DNA of 64,000 nt from an uncultured Gammaproteobacteria bacterium. GTDB lineage: Bacteria > Patescibacteriota > Microgenomatia > Levybacterales > GWA1-39-11. The first letter of the stretch is position 1. Every line of letters begins with the position of its first letter. The notes below the pieces were generated by a model. The model searched no databases. It was not told where the DNA came from and saw nothing but the letters and a program-made list of their open reading frames with translations. The translations under genes and the position numbers were made by a program. Location of the stretch: positions 135,525 to 199,524 of the forward strand of contig CAYVAJ010000001.1 of assembly GCA_964448725.1 (NCBI GenBank), given 5' to 3'. Shown here piece by piece: positions 18,693 to 28,744 of this stretch.

Positions 18693-19718
18693 TTATGTAA
18701 AATGCTTTTTAAGTCTGAGCAATGTCCATCGGAGCACGTCTGTTCCTTGATATATTTTATATAATGCTGGCTGTAACACAAAATCGTAACTGCCAATAAA
18801 TTCAGTTAGTGTTGCACCGTAATTTTGTTTAAATCGATGAAACCCATACCAGGGATCATCAGAGTTAGGATCAGGTCCTAATGCTCCCCACATATCAAAT
18901 TGTTCTAACCCTAGTTTCTTACCAAACTTAATTGCTTCCCACATGATAAGATTTGAGGCCATTTTATCGCGGTGCGAACTTGCTGATGCACCATACGGAT
19001 AATACAGCGTGTTATTAAATACAAATAAAATCCATGAGGCAAGTGTCTCATTCTCAAATTTTGCAGTTAGGAGATGGGAACTTAATACATTTTTATGCGC
19101 AGTATGTGGTAGTGTCTCCCACTGAAGAGTATGATATCGGTGTGAATGAGCATAAAATTTTTGCCGATGAGTTGTTTCATCAGTAAGTTTTAAATACGTA
19201 TTAAAGGCTTTCTCAGTATTTTCTTCTGATACAGTTACTCCTTTCCTCTGGGCGACTCGGATGTTATATCTGGTTTTGTGGTGCATATTTGCAAGCAGCT
19301 CTTCTTCACTTTTTGTTATATCAAGCAAAAAGGTAAAACGAGTGAATAAAGGATGATGTGAAGGTCGTAGTCCTAACTGTGAACTATGAACTGTGAACTG
19401 TGAACTACGAACTATGTTTGGTTCCAGTTGAATAAAAATACATTTGTGTTTACGTCCTATTGTTTCTAGTGCATGTAACATCTCTTTTGTAGGAAGATTT
19501 CCTTTTGGAACATAGCCAATGGTAAAAGGTGTATGAGGAATAGAATGGATCGTTACGGTGAATGCATCTGCTAAGTTGCCGTTTCTTTCCAGCCCTTGCC
19601 GCACAACTATTACTCCTGTTTTTGTGCGAAATTCTCCCCATTCAAATGACTGTAATGGGTGTGTCACTCGTGTATTGTACTCTTGCCGGTATTTTTCAGT
19701 AATATCAATAATTTTCAT
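18693..19718 (-). CDS. FemAB/FemX-family peptidoglycan bridge aminoacyltransferase
   Basis: 'HPLQSFEWGEF', 'MHHKTRYNIRVAQRKGV', 'YPYGAS', 'FDMWG', 'GFHRFKQNYG'. Confidence 0.9.
   Translation of the reverse strand: MKIIDITEKYRQEYNTRVTHPLQSFEWGEFRTKTGVIVVRQGLERNGNLADAFTVTIHSIPHTPFTIGYVPKGNLPTKEMLHALETIGRKHKCIFIQLEPNIVRSSQFTVHSSQLGLRPSHHPLFTRFTFLLDITKSEEELLANMHHKTRYNIRVAQRKGVTVSEENTEKAFNTYLKLTDETTHRQKFYAHSHRYHTLQWETLPHTAHKNVLSSHLLTAKFENETLASWILFVFNNTLYYPYGASASSHRDKMASNLIMWEAIKFGKKLGLEQFDMWGALGPDPNSDDPWYGFHRFKQNYGATLTEFIGSYDFVLQPALYKIYQGTDVLRWTLLRLKKHFT
19374..19415. repeat. Six 7-nt tandem units (GAACTRT) inside the FemAB gene
   Basis: taactgt gaactat gaactgt gaactgt gaactac gaactat. Confidence 0.85.
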
Positions 19719-21575
19719 CTAAAATAAATCAGGATCGGTTATCTCATAACCCCGTAAGTTTTTTTCAAGTACTTTCATAGGGAGCTCCATGATGAAGCGT
19801 GATACTGTTGGAGTTATGCGCTGGCCAAAAAATAATCGTCTTTTGGCAAATGTGAGAATTAAAGTTGTTTTTGCCCTTGTAATTCCAACATAACACAATC
19901 TTCTCTCCTCTTCCAGTTCTGATGTGTCGTAGAGTGCTTGACTATGAGGAAAGATCCCTTCTTCCATACCTATCATAAATACCATTGCAAACTCAAGTCC
20001 TTTTGCTGCATGCAGTGTCATAAGAGTAATAGCATTAGGCCGTCTGGCTCCCTTCATTGATTTATCTGATGCATATTCTTGCTCTACTAATGCCACATTT
20101 TGCAGGAACTCTATAAGTTTTGGAAACTCAAGCGCAACAGACCGGAGTTCGCGAATGTTTTCAAGCCGTGCTTCATCTTCAGGATCATTGTGGTCATACA
20201 TTTCAAGATATTGTGTTTTCCGTAATACTTCATCCAAAATATCGATAGTGGCTTTTGTCTCTCCAAAATTTCCTTGATCAAATTCAACCAAGTATTCTAA
20301 GAAATAGGATAGACGTTTTTTGCCGAGTTTGCTGATTCGTTTGAGTGCAACTGCGTCTTTTTGGGTAGCAAGGTAGGAAAGATATGAGAGTACATCCTTA
20401 ATTTCTTTTCGTTCATAGAACCTGAGTCCTCCTATAAGTACATACGGAATTCCATGGTGTAGCAACACTTCCTCAATAGTGCGAGACTGTGCATTCATTC
20501 GGTATAAAATAGCCACATCTGCATAGGTCATTTCTGGATTTTGGTCCATGGTACGATGAATAAGACGGATAATCTGCTCAACTTCTTGGTGCTCATTTTC
20601 GGTTTGTACGATGCGTAAGTCCTCTCCAGTTGGATTCTCTGTCCACAAATTAAGAACAGGATGGGACGTGTTATTCGATATGACACTATATGCAGCATCT
20701 AGGATGTTTTGAGTTGAACGATAATTTTGCGAGAGAGGAAATACTTGTGCGTGTGGAAAATCTTGTTGAAATTTCTTGAGATTGCGAAAGTCAGCTCCTC
20801 TGAAACTATAAATACTCTGAGAAAAATCTCCAACGATACAGACATTATGATATTTATCTGAGAGCATCTTGGTTAGTTCATATTGTGCATGGTTGGTGTC
20901 TTGATATTCATCTATAAGGATATAACGGAACTGGTCTTGGTATTTTTCCAAAATTTCAGGATGTGTGCGAAAAAGCCTGATCGTTTCAAGCATGAGATCG
21001 TCAAAGTCAAGTGCCTCACGATCACGCATTAACTGCTGATAGAGGGGGTAAATTTTTGCGACTGCTTCTTGAAATCTGCCCCGTGCAAAAGAAGCATAAG
21101 TTACAGGATCAATAAGCTGATTTTTGTTCTGTGATATAGCCGATAAAACAGAACGGGGCTTTGCATCTTTTACTGACATGGAGAGTTGTGACATGGCGTC
21201 TTTAACTGTTTGTTGTTGATCAGAGGTATCATAAATGAGATAGTTACGAGATATATTAATTGCTTCCCCGTCAACTCTCAGAATTCGGGCACATAAGGAG
21301 TGAAATGTTCCGACAGTTGGTGGAGAGAGTACCTGACCAGGTGTTTGTAGAGCGTTCATAATTCTCTCTTTCATTTCACCAGCAGCTTTATTTGTGAATG
21401 TCATCATCAAAATGTTGTGTGGGGCAATATGTTTTTCCTGAATAAGATACAGTACTTTGTGTACCAATACTCTGGTTTTACCGCTTCCTGCACCAGCTAG
21501 AATAATAGTTGGCCCATCAGTTGCAAGGACTGCTTTTTTTTGTTCTTCATTTAATTTATTGAGAATTGTGCTCAT
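19719..21575 (-). CDS. pcrA: UvrD/PcrA SF1 DNA helicase
   Basis: 'LAGAGSGKTRV', 'TFTNKAAGEMKER', 'IDEYQDTN', 'QNYRST', 'TLHAAKGLEF', 'EEERRLCYVGITRA'. Confidence 0.95.
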   Translation of the reverse strand: MSTILNKLNEEQKKAVLATDGPTIILAGAGSGKTRVLVHKVLYLIQEKHIAPHNILMMTFTNKAAGEMKERIMNALQTPGQVLSPPTVGTFHSLCARILRVDGEAINISRNYLIYDTSDQQQTVKDAMSQLSMSVKDAKPRSVLSAISQNKNQLIDPVTYASFARGRFQEAVAKIYPLYQQLMRDREALDFDDLMLETIRLFRTHPEILEKYQDQFRYILIDEYQDTNHAQYELTKMLSDKYHNVCIVGDFSQSIYSFRGADFRNLKKFQQDFPHAQVFPLSQNYRSTQNILDAAYSVISNNTSHPVLNLWTENPTGEDLRIVQTENEHQEVEQIIRLIHRTMDQNPEMTYADVAILYRMNAQSRTIEEVLLHHGIPYVLIGGLRFYERKEIKDVLSYLSYLATQKDAVALKRISKLGKKRLSYFLEYLVEFDQGNFGETKATIDILDEVLRKTQYLEMYDHNDPEDEARLENIRELRSVALEFPKLIEFLQNVALVEQEYASDKSMKGARRPNAITLMTLHAAKGLEFAMVFMIGMEEGIFPHSQALYDTSELEEERRLCYVGITRAKTTLILTFAKRRLFFGQRITPTVSRFIMELPMKVLEKNLRGYEITDPDLF

Positions 21576-21672
21576 ATATTGCTATAATACTTTGAGGAGA
21601 GGTATCATTTATTATATTCGTACGAGCCCATAGATACAACCATTGAGTCTATAACACAATTTTCCATAATCC

Positions 21673-22350
21673 ATGAAAAATATTATTGCTGCCAACTGGA
21701 AATCACATAAGATAACAAGTGAAACACAAAATTTCTTTGAGTATCTTGATCAAAATAAAGAGAGACTTTCTTCTGCAGCAACAGAGATCCTTATCTGTCC
21801 TCCTTTTTCTAGTTTGTTTGTTGCTCGACAATCGATTGACGAGCATGCGCTGCCTATATTACTTGGAGCACAAAATTGTTCGCCTTTTCCTCAAGGAGCA
21901 TATACTGGAGAAATTGCAGCAAATCAGGTTAAAGAGTTTGCCCAGTATGTGATCATCGGGCATTCAGAAAGACGTAATAATTTTCATGAAGATGAAGCTG
22001 TTATTGAACAGAAAGTGAAACAAGCGCGAGATGCAGGATTGCATATTATTCTCTGCGTGCAAGATGAACACGCAGTGGTATATGAAGGTGTTGATACAGT
22101 TGCATATGAGCCAATTGGGGCAATCGGTACAGGAAAGCCTGATGATCCTTCTCATGTTGCTCACGTACTGCAAATACTTCATGAAAAGTATCCGTCTGTA
22201 CGATTACTCTATGGTGGTAGTGTTGATAAAAATTCGATTCATGCGTATACACAAATTTCACAGCTAAACGGCTTTCTTGTTGGTGGAGCAAGTCTAGATG
22301 CTGAATCATTTCTCACACTTATAGCAGCATGCGACACAAAAAACTCTTAA
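21673..22350 (+). CDS. tpiA: Triosephosphate isomerase
   Basis: 'ANWK', 'GAYTGE', 'IGHSERR', 'AYEPIGAIGTG', 'YGGSV', 'LVGGASL'. Confidence 0.95.
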   Translation: MKNIIAANWKSHKITSETQNFFEYLDQNKERLSSAATEILICPPFSSLFVARQSIDEHALPILLGAQNCSPFPQGAYTGEIAANQVKEFAQYVIIGHSERRNNFHEDEAVIEQKVKQARDAGLHIILCVQDEHAVVYEGVDTVAYEPIGAIGTGKPDDPSHVAHVLQILHEKYPSVRLLYGGSVDKNSIHAYTQISQLNGFLVGGASLDAESFLTLIAACDTKNS

Positions 22351-23459
22351 TAGCAGCAATTATTGTTGTGATAATTTTTGTGCTTGGATTTAAATATCTT
22401 CGAGCAGGGATTCCTTTCTTATACGAATTATTTGTAAAAAAAGATGAAATCCAACTCAAGCGAGAAGAACAACACTCATTGAATATTTTGCTACTCGGGA
22501 TAGGAGGAGCAAATCATGAAGGACCAAATCTCTCTGATACGATTATTCTTGCGAATATTAACCCCCAAAAAAATGAGGTAAATATGTTCTCTCTCCCTCG
22601 TGATCTTTGGATTCCACAATTAAAAGATAGAATTAATTCTGCCTATGCCTATGGTGAAGAAAAAGATAAAAAAGGCATGTTGTTAGCATCGACAGTTGTT
22701 GAGAAAGTAACAGGCCAGCCAGTAGACTATGTGTTCGTGATCGATTTTTCAGGTTTTGTAAAAGGAGTTGATCATATGGGAGGAATTGATGTTGAAGTTG
22801 CTCGTACATTAGATGATTATGCCTACCCTATTGCAGGAAAAGAGAATGATCTGTGTGGACATACACCTGAGGATGTGGATGCACTTGTTGCAACTGCAGA
22901 GGCAGAGCTGGGATTAGAGGTGTTCCCGTGTCGGTATAAGCATGTTCATGTTGAAAAAGGGCAACAACACATGAATGGACAGCAAGCGCTTGAGTTTGTG
23001 AGATCACGGCACGCGATTGGGGAAGAAGGATCAGATTTTGCTAGAAGTCGCCGTCAACAAGAAGTGATTGCAGCTGTTCGGAAAAAGGCGCTGTCACTGG
23101 GAATTCTGCTTAATCCAGTAAAAGTATTAGGGTTGGTAAATATTGTTCAAGAAAATATAAATACAGATATAAAAAAAGAAGAATATGATGACTTTATCAA
23201 ACTTGCAAATAAAATGGAAAATGTCACAATCAAAAGCCATGTAATTGGTATGGCAGAAAGTGATCAAGAATATGGTCTGCTCATTAACCCAACTCCATCA
23301 GAAGAATATCAGTACAAGTGGGTACTGACTCCTCGAAAAGGGAGTGGGGATTTTTCAGAATTACATGCATATATTGAGTGTGTACTAAAAGGGAATAATT
23401 GTGAAATTACTAAGACAGGAATACGTACTGCCACGGATGCGGCCTCACTAGTACATTAA
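22329..23459 (+). CDS. LytR-CpsA-Psr (LCP) family protein
   Basis: N-terminal TM, 'NILLLG', 'SDTIIL', 'SLPRDLW', 'RINSAY', 'FVRSRH', 'DFARSRRQQEV'. Confidence 0.93.
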   Translation: MRHKKLLIAAIIVVIIFVLGFKYLRAGIPFLYELFVKKDEIQLKREEQHSLNILLLGIGGANHEGPNLSDTIILANINPQKNEVNMFSLPRDLWIPQLKDRINSAYAYGEEKDKKGMLLASTVVEKVTGQPVDYVFVIDFSGFVKGVDHMGGIDVEVARTLDDYAYPIAGKENDLCGHTPEDVDALVATAEAELGLEVFPCRYKHVHVEKGQQHMNGQQALEFVRSRHAIGEEGSDFARSRRQQEVIAAVRKKALSLGILLNPVKVLGLVNIVQENINTDIKKEEYDDFIKLANKMENVTIKSHVIGMAESDQEYGLLINPTPSEEYQYKWVLTPRKGSGDFSELHAYIECVLKGNNCEITKTGIRTATDAASLVH

Positions 23460-25594
23460 TTAGTAATTTTATAAATTGTTACTGTATTGTTTTTATATAC
23501 AACTTTTCCAAGTGTTTTAAATTTTTCTTCAGATAAATGAGTATATTTTTGTTTTTCAAGGTCGCCAATGTAGACATATTCAATGCCATACTTTCGTACT
23601 AATTCTTGTGTCGTAGCTAGAGAGGATGTTTCATATAGTATCCGTATATCCTCAATTCGCGGTGCAGGAATATCATAGCTTCCTCGCCAAAGCCATTCAT
23701 GCACTGTCCATCCCAGTACTGTGGGAAGACCGGTATTAACAGATATGCGCGCATAATCAGTATATGAATCACCGTGTGATTCAAGAATAATTGGTTGTCC
23801 TGTGATAGTATTGTTCAGCCATGTAATTGCTTCATAATCTGAAGGATACCGATCTTTAAGATAAGCAGTACCATCAAGTCCTTGGTAAAGCGAAAGATTA
23901 TTATAATAGGAATGAATTGCAAAACGCGGATATAACAGTACTAATGCAATGAGTAACACTGATACAGCTGTGAGTACAATATTTTTCTTTGGTTTTATTA
24001 CCGTTGTTGCTACGACTGCACTGACGAGTGAGAGCATAATAAATGCTTGGTAAGTGAGCTTAAACATGGTATTTGCCCGGTAATGATCAGGGTAGATATC
24101 TTTTATATAGGCAAATTCAGGAATAATAATAAGTACTGTCGCTACAAGAGCCAGAATAATACAAAAAACATATGCAGGCTTTATACGATCTTTTGTACTT
24201 TTCCATAGTGCTATAAACAGGGTTATAACAAAAAAATAGAAGAAACCATATAATACCAACAACATCCACCACTCTGATCGTTGACAGTGATCTTGCTCAA
24301 ACAGAAAAGGACCGATTGCACCATAATTTGTTAAAAAATCTGGGGCACACAAGATTCCAATACCTGAGGCAAATGGTTTAAAATGCAGACTAAATGGAAG
24401 AGTAAATGCGAGTGCACTCAGGATAATAAGAATGAATGGTCTCAGACCGTCAAGTACTATATGCGAAAAAAATGATTCATCTGAATATTTCTTCTTCTTA
24501 TTCTTCAAAGCAAACACTGATTTTTTTTGTAGGAGTAAATAGCCAAGTGTTACTCCTGTCAGAATACTATAAATTCCAAAATCAAGGACATTTGTCATAT
24601 ACATGATCGAAAGCAAAAAACCTAGAAAAATCACTTTCAAATAAGAAAGTTTTTTTGTTTGAATAAGAGTAAAAAGAAATGCAATACAGGTGAGGACGAC
24701 AGGAATATCAAATACATGTCCATGGAGATCTGAGACAACAAACGAATAGAGAGGGAATTCGTGAATCGTATTCGGTATAAAACGTGTTGCGTTTGGATAC
24801 CAGTACCCGTTTGATAAAATCCCAAATGGTTTAAAAGCAAGATCCCAGAATGGAACAGGATTTTCTGATGGAACATATGATGCAAAAAATGCATACAGTA
24901 TATGAAGATTTCCAGATACACTAACAAGGAGTGCTGCTAGTGTTGCAGTAAGAATACTTTTAATAATAGAGAGTTTGAGATTTTGTGCTAATGCATAGCC
25001 GATTGAAAAACTTGTTCCAACGGTAAGTGCAAATAACGTAGCAACCATTAAGTTATACGTATAATTTGAGGGAAGAAAAGAAAGTTTTGTCAACACTGCG
25101 GTTATTAAATGTCCAAAGTAATAATAATTAATTGAAAATGGTGGGAACCACATATCTAAAGGAGGAAAGTATTCACTGCGTAAAATCGAGTTAATGAATC
25201 CAAAATCCATAAATTTTTCCAGACCATTAATACTTGGTTCATGACTACGCACATAACTCCATAATGCAAGTGCTACAAAGAAAAGGATCTCTTCGCCAAT
25301 CCATATAAGAAATGTCTTTTTAGAAATAGTTTTTACCTGTTTTTTAAATAAAATAACATTGAGAATTAAGATACTTCCGGTTATCAGTAAAAGAGATGGT
25401 GCCGAAAACGGAAGAACTTTAAGTGTCCCAAGAAGAAACATGATATATGATAAAAGAAGCGCTGCAATAACCTTTGAGAATAAATATCCTTTATCTGCAA
25501 ACGATGCAAAGATTATCATAGTAATAGGTAAGGAGATAAGTCCGAGTAATAAAAGCACTCCGTACCATTGAAAAAATATGGTGATATCAGTCAT
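23456..25594 (-). CDS. DUF2298 / Chlor_Arch_YYY-type membrane protein (probable GT-C)
   Basis: 'EKFMDFGFINSI', 'PPLDMWF..FSINYYYFGH', 'TIHEFPLYSF..SDLHGH', 'NTMFK', 'TGLPTVLGW..HE..WR'. Confidence 0.85.
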   Translation of the reverse strand: MTDITIFFQWYGVLLLLGLISLPITMIIFASFADKGYLFSKVIAALLLSYIMFLLGTLKVLPFSAPSLLLITGSILILNVILFKKQVKTISKKTFLIWIGEEILFFVALALWSYVRSHEPSINGLEKFMDFGFINSILRSEYFPPLDMWFPPFSINYYYFGHLITAVLTKLSFLPSNYTYNLMVATLFALTVGTSFSIGYALAQNLKLSIIKSILTATLAALLVSVSGNLHILYAFFASYVPSENPVPFWDLAFKPFGILSNGYWYPNATRFIPNTIHEFPLYSFVVSDLHGHVFDIPVVLTCIAFLFTLIQTKKLSYLKVIFLGFLLSIMYMTNVLDFGIYSILTGVTLGYLLLQKKSVFALKNKKKKYSDESFFSHIVLDGLRPFILIILSALAFTLPFSLHFKPFASGIGILCAPDFLTNYGAIGPFLFEQDHCQRSEWWMLLVLYGFFYFFVITLFIALWKSTKDRIKPAYVFCIILALVATVLIIIPEFAYIKDIYPDHYRANTMFKLTYQAFIMLSLVSAVVATTVIKPKKNIVLTAVSVLLIALVLLYPRFAIHSYYNNLSLYQGLDGTAYLKDRYPSDYEAITWLNNTITGQPIILESHGDSYTDYARISVNTGLPTVLGWTVHEWLWRGSYDIPAPRIEDIRILYETSSLATTQELVRKYGIEYVYIGDLEKQKYTHLSEEKFKTLGKVVYKNNTVTIYKITN

Positions 25595-26148
25595 AGTCCT
25601 TTAATGTCTAAAGCAGTAGTAATTTTTTGTATGTTCTCAAATGGAATATATCGCTTTGATATCTTACTGGGATTAATCCAATAGAATTGGATTGTTGGAT
25701 TATTCTTGGCAAGGTACATAAGCAGATCAAGGTCGTCATCGACAAAATGGGTGAGATGGAGTTTTTTTATCATTCTGTCCTTAAAAATATGAGGCTGTTC
25801 ATTTTGGAAGTTAAAATGTATTTCTTGAAAATATTTTTTAAGATTATATTTGTTAAGCCAATGATTTGTTCGTTTCTCTAAAAATCCAAATCTGCCTGAT
25901 ATAAGAAAAATAGGAGTATTTTTCTTTGAAAGTTTTTTTACTACTTCTATATTCTCATTCATTGGATGGCGAAAGGGAGGAAAATGGGAGAGGATTCTAA
26001 TTTTTTGTTCAATAGATCCTGGAAAGCGGTATTTAAGTGTTTTACTGCGTTTTTTATAAATCCAATTAATAAATAAATCTGGTATAAGTGGTGGATAATT
26101 CACTAATACTTTATCAAAATCAAAGCCAATTCGAACCTTCTTTTTCAT
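25591..26148 (-). CDS. HAD-like hydrolase
   Basis: 'IGFDFDKVL' (DxD), 'ISGR', 'HFVDDD'. Confidence 0.7.
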   Translation of the reverse strand: MKKKVRIGFDFDKVLVNYPPLIPDLFINWIYKKRSKTLKYRFPGSIEQKIRILSHFPPFRHPMNENIEVVKKLSKKNTPIFLISGRFGFLEKRTNHWLNKYNLKKYFQEIHFNFQNEQPHIFKDRMIKKLHLTHFVDDDLDLLMYLAKNNPTIQFYWINPSKISKRYIPFENIQKITTALDIKGL

Positions 26149-27191
26149 ACAAATCGATTGAGGAGATTAAGTAATTTAAAATTCCAAATTGTCCTGTGAG
26201 TTGTCCCAGTTGCTCCAATAAATTCTTCTCTGTGTTTTTTATACCAATCATAACTTTCAATCAAAATTTCTTTATTTGATTTTGTTGGTTTGAAACGTAA
26301 ATACTTTTGCGCTTTTTCTATTGAAACATATGAATCTACTGGTAGTGTTTTATAATGCCAAGCAACAATTGGAGAAAGATTAAGCTTTTCAAGTATGGAA
26401 AGGATCGCTTGTGAAGCTTTTACGGGGAAACTTACAATTTTTGATTGAGATTTTGCATGTGTTATCAATGCACCAAGGTCTTTTGCCCACGTATCAAATC
26501 TATCAGTTCCGACATTAAATATTTCTCCGCTTTTTCTTGAAAGGAGTGCTGATTCAACTGCTTGACAAAGATCTGTTACTTCAAGTAACTGATATACATT
26601 GTGTCCTTTTCCCAGCATAAATACTGGTTTATTTGAATAAATTGCTTCAAACCATAATGTGAAAACACCAAGTCTCTCAGGACCTAAAAATGTTTTAGGA
26701 CGTAAAATATTTACTTTTAGTCCTTTTTTATGATACTGCAGACAAAGTCGTTCTCCTAACTGCTTTGATTCACCATAATGGCCGATTGGACTAACAGGAT
26801 CTGTCTCTTTTTCAGGAAGATGTTGTGGTACTCCATATAATGCAGTGCTGGAAATAAATACCAGCCGTTTTACTTTTTCTTTCAATGAAACAGCAAGGAC
26901 ATTTTTTGTTCCAGTGACATTAATATCCATAATAGTCTTACGGTCATGATGAATAGGAAGTGCTGCAGCTGCATGAACAACATAATGAGGTTTATGTTTT
27001 TTAAAAATTTCTGAAAGCTTTTTTTTATTGCGAATATCAATTGATTCGACTATTGCTTTTCCAACAAGATCCTTTGCAGTAAGAGGTTCTATATCAAGCA
27101 AAACTACATGATACTTTTTTTTGAGAAAAAATCGGGCTAAATATACTCCTAAAAATCCGGTTCCGCCGGTAATTAGTACAGTTCTCTGCAT
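26145..27191 (-). CDS. NAD-dependent epimerase/dehydratase (extended SDR)
   Basis: 'LITGGTGFLG', 'VVHAAA', 'FISST', 'YGESK' (YxxxK). Confidence 0.9.
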   Translation of the reverse strand: MQRTVLITGGTGFLGVYLARFFLKKKYHVVLLDIEPLTAKDLVGKAIVESIDIRNKKKLSEIFKKHKPHYVVHAAAALPIHHDRKTIMDINVTGTKNVLAVSLKEKVKRLVFISSTALYGVPQHLPEKETDPVSPIGHYGESKQLGERLCLQYHKKGLKVNILRPKTFLGPERLGVFTLWFEAIYSNKPVFMLGKGHNVYQLLEVTDLCQAVESALLSRKSGEIFNVGTDRFDTWAKDLGALITHAKSQSKIVSFPVKASQAILSILEKLNLSPIVAWHYKTLPVDSYVSIEKAQKYLRFKPTKSNKEILIESYDWYKKHREEFIGATGTTHRTIWNFKLLNLLNRFV

Positions 27192-27196
27192 GCATG

Positions 27197-28744
27197 TTAT
27201 TGTACAATTTCCCCAATAACAAAAGCAATATCACCGTTTGGGTAATAAATCGTTTGTTGAATAGCAAGCTGAATTTCAGGATGATTGGATAGATAATAAG
27301 GTGTTACTGCAAAGAGTTGTTTGAAATGTTTTTTTGCTAAAGTGTGTGGTTCACCAATTTTACAATTATAACATTCATATGGTGCATAAAATTTAAAAAA
27401 TATTTCAGGTGCATTAAATGAACTTTCCATGATTGTTTCATCATACTGTTTTTGATTATCTGCAAAATATGTGACGACTTCACGTGCACCATATTGCCAT
27501 CCCCAGAAGTTTGATGAATACTGTGGATATTCAAAAAAATATTTTTGCATATACTGAAAAAATGAAATACTTCCGATTACACAAAAGAAACACAAAATTA
27601 TAAAACGGGTAATCCTCGTGTTTCTTAGAATAGATTCTATTCCGAGAATCCCTATAGAAGAAATAATTTGAAACGGAATGACGCCTATTATGGATCGTGT
27701 TGCTTGTGCACTTTGGTCAAGAGTAAACATGCTTCCTACCGGATAGAGAAGAAGCCAAACTGTTAAAACACCAAATATCTTTTTGTTTTTTATAAAAAGA
27801 TAGAGAATACCAGAGAAAAGCAACGGTAATTGAAAAAGATATAACTCACCAAATCCTCGTACTGAGTGACGGGTAATAAATTGCCCAGGCATATCGATAT
27901 CACCTTTCGTAAAAAGAAAGTCATAGGAAAAATGACTAAGATAATTATGTGTAATATGATTGACAATACTTTGATTATGGGAGTGATTAGAAAAAATACT
28001 AACTTGATTCCACCTGTTGGAACCAGTGTCTATTAGGTGTAATAGCATAGGAGTGAGTATAAATGAAAGTAAGATAATGCATAGCACAGTAACTTTTTTG
28101 TAGGTGAAGAAAAATTGGTAATAAAGAATGGCAAGTCCTATTCCAAATAAAGGAATAAAAATACGGGCTGGAAAATATGAGTACATAGCAATTGCAAATA
28201 AAGTAATGCTCACAAGCATAAGAAAAGGTTTGTTTTGTGATTTTAAAAAAACATATAGTCCCAGTGTTGTAAAAAAAACAAATGCTGCTAACCCTTCAAG
28301 AGATACTCTACTGATATGAATATGCCATGGTGATATTGCAAGTAGTACTGCTGAAATTAATGATAAAGAATGTGCGTAATGTGATTTTTTTTGAAATATC
28401 TCTAGAGAAAGTAGGTATACGGCAATAATACCTAATACTCCATAGAATACAGAAACGAGTCGTATAGAAAATTCATTGAGTCCAAACAGCGTGATAAATG
28501 GAATAGTGCTATATGTTTGAATAGGGCTTTTAAATTCACCGAAGGCTTGAAAGAAAAGTGGAAGGTGATTTCCGTGCTCATCGTTCCCGGTAGCTAAGAT
28601 AGAAAATGCATTTACTCCAATTGACGCTTCGTCACAAAAAAAACCAGCTGGATTGGTAGAGAGATTCCATATCCGTATAACAAAGGCAAAGCAGAGAACT
28701 ATTAATACCGCGAATATTCCATAATTATATTTGGCTATTCTCAT
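27197..28744 (-). CDS. GT-C glycosyltransferase (ArnT/PMT_2-like)
   Basis: 'PAGFFCDEASIGVNA', 'GLNEFSIR', 'ISPWHIHISR'; multi-TM. Confidence 0.85.
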   Translation of the reverse strand: MRIAKYNYGIFAVLIVLCFAFVIRIWNLSTNPAGFFCDEASIGVNAFSILATGNDEHGNHLPLFFQAFGEFKSPIQTYSTIPFITLFGLNEFSIRLVSVFYGVLGIIAVYLLSLEIFQKKSHYAHSLSLISAVLLAISPWHIHISRVSLEGLAAFVFFTTLGLYVFLKSQNKPFLMLVSITLFAIAMYSYFPARIFIPLFGIGLAILYYQFFFTYKKVTVLCIILLSFILTPMLLHLIDTGSNRWNQVSIFSNHSHNQSIVNHITHNYLSHFSYDFLFTKGDIDMPGQFITRHSVRGFGELYLFQLPLLFSGILYLFIKNKKIFGVLTVWLLLYPVGSMFTLDQSAQATRSIIGVIPFQIISSIGILGIESILRNTRITRFIILCFFCVIGSISFFQYMQKYFFEYPQYSSNFWGWQYGAREVVTYFADNQKQYDETIMESSFNAPEIFFKFYAPYECYNCKIGEPHTLAKKHFKQLFAVTPYYLSNHPEIQLAIQQTIYYPNGDIAFVIGEIVQ

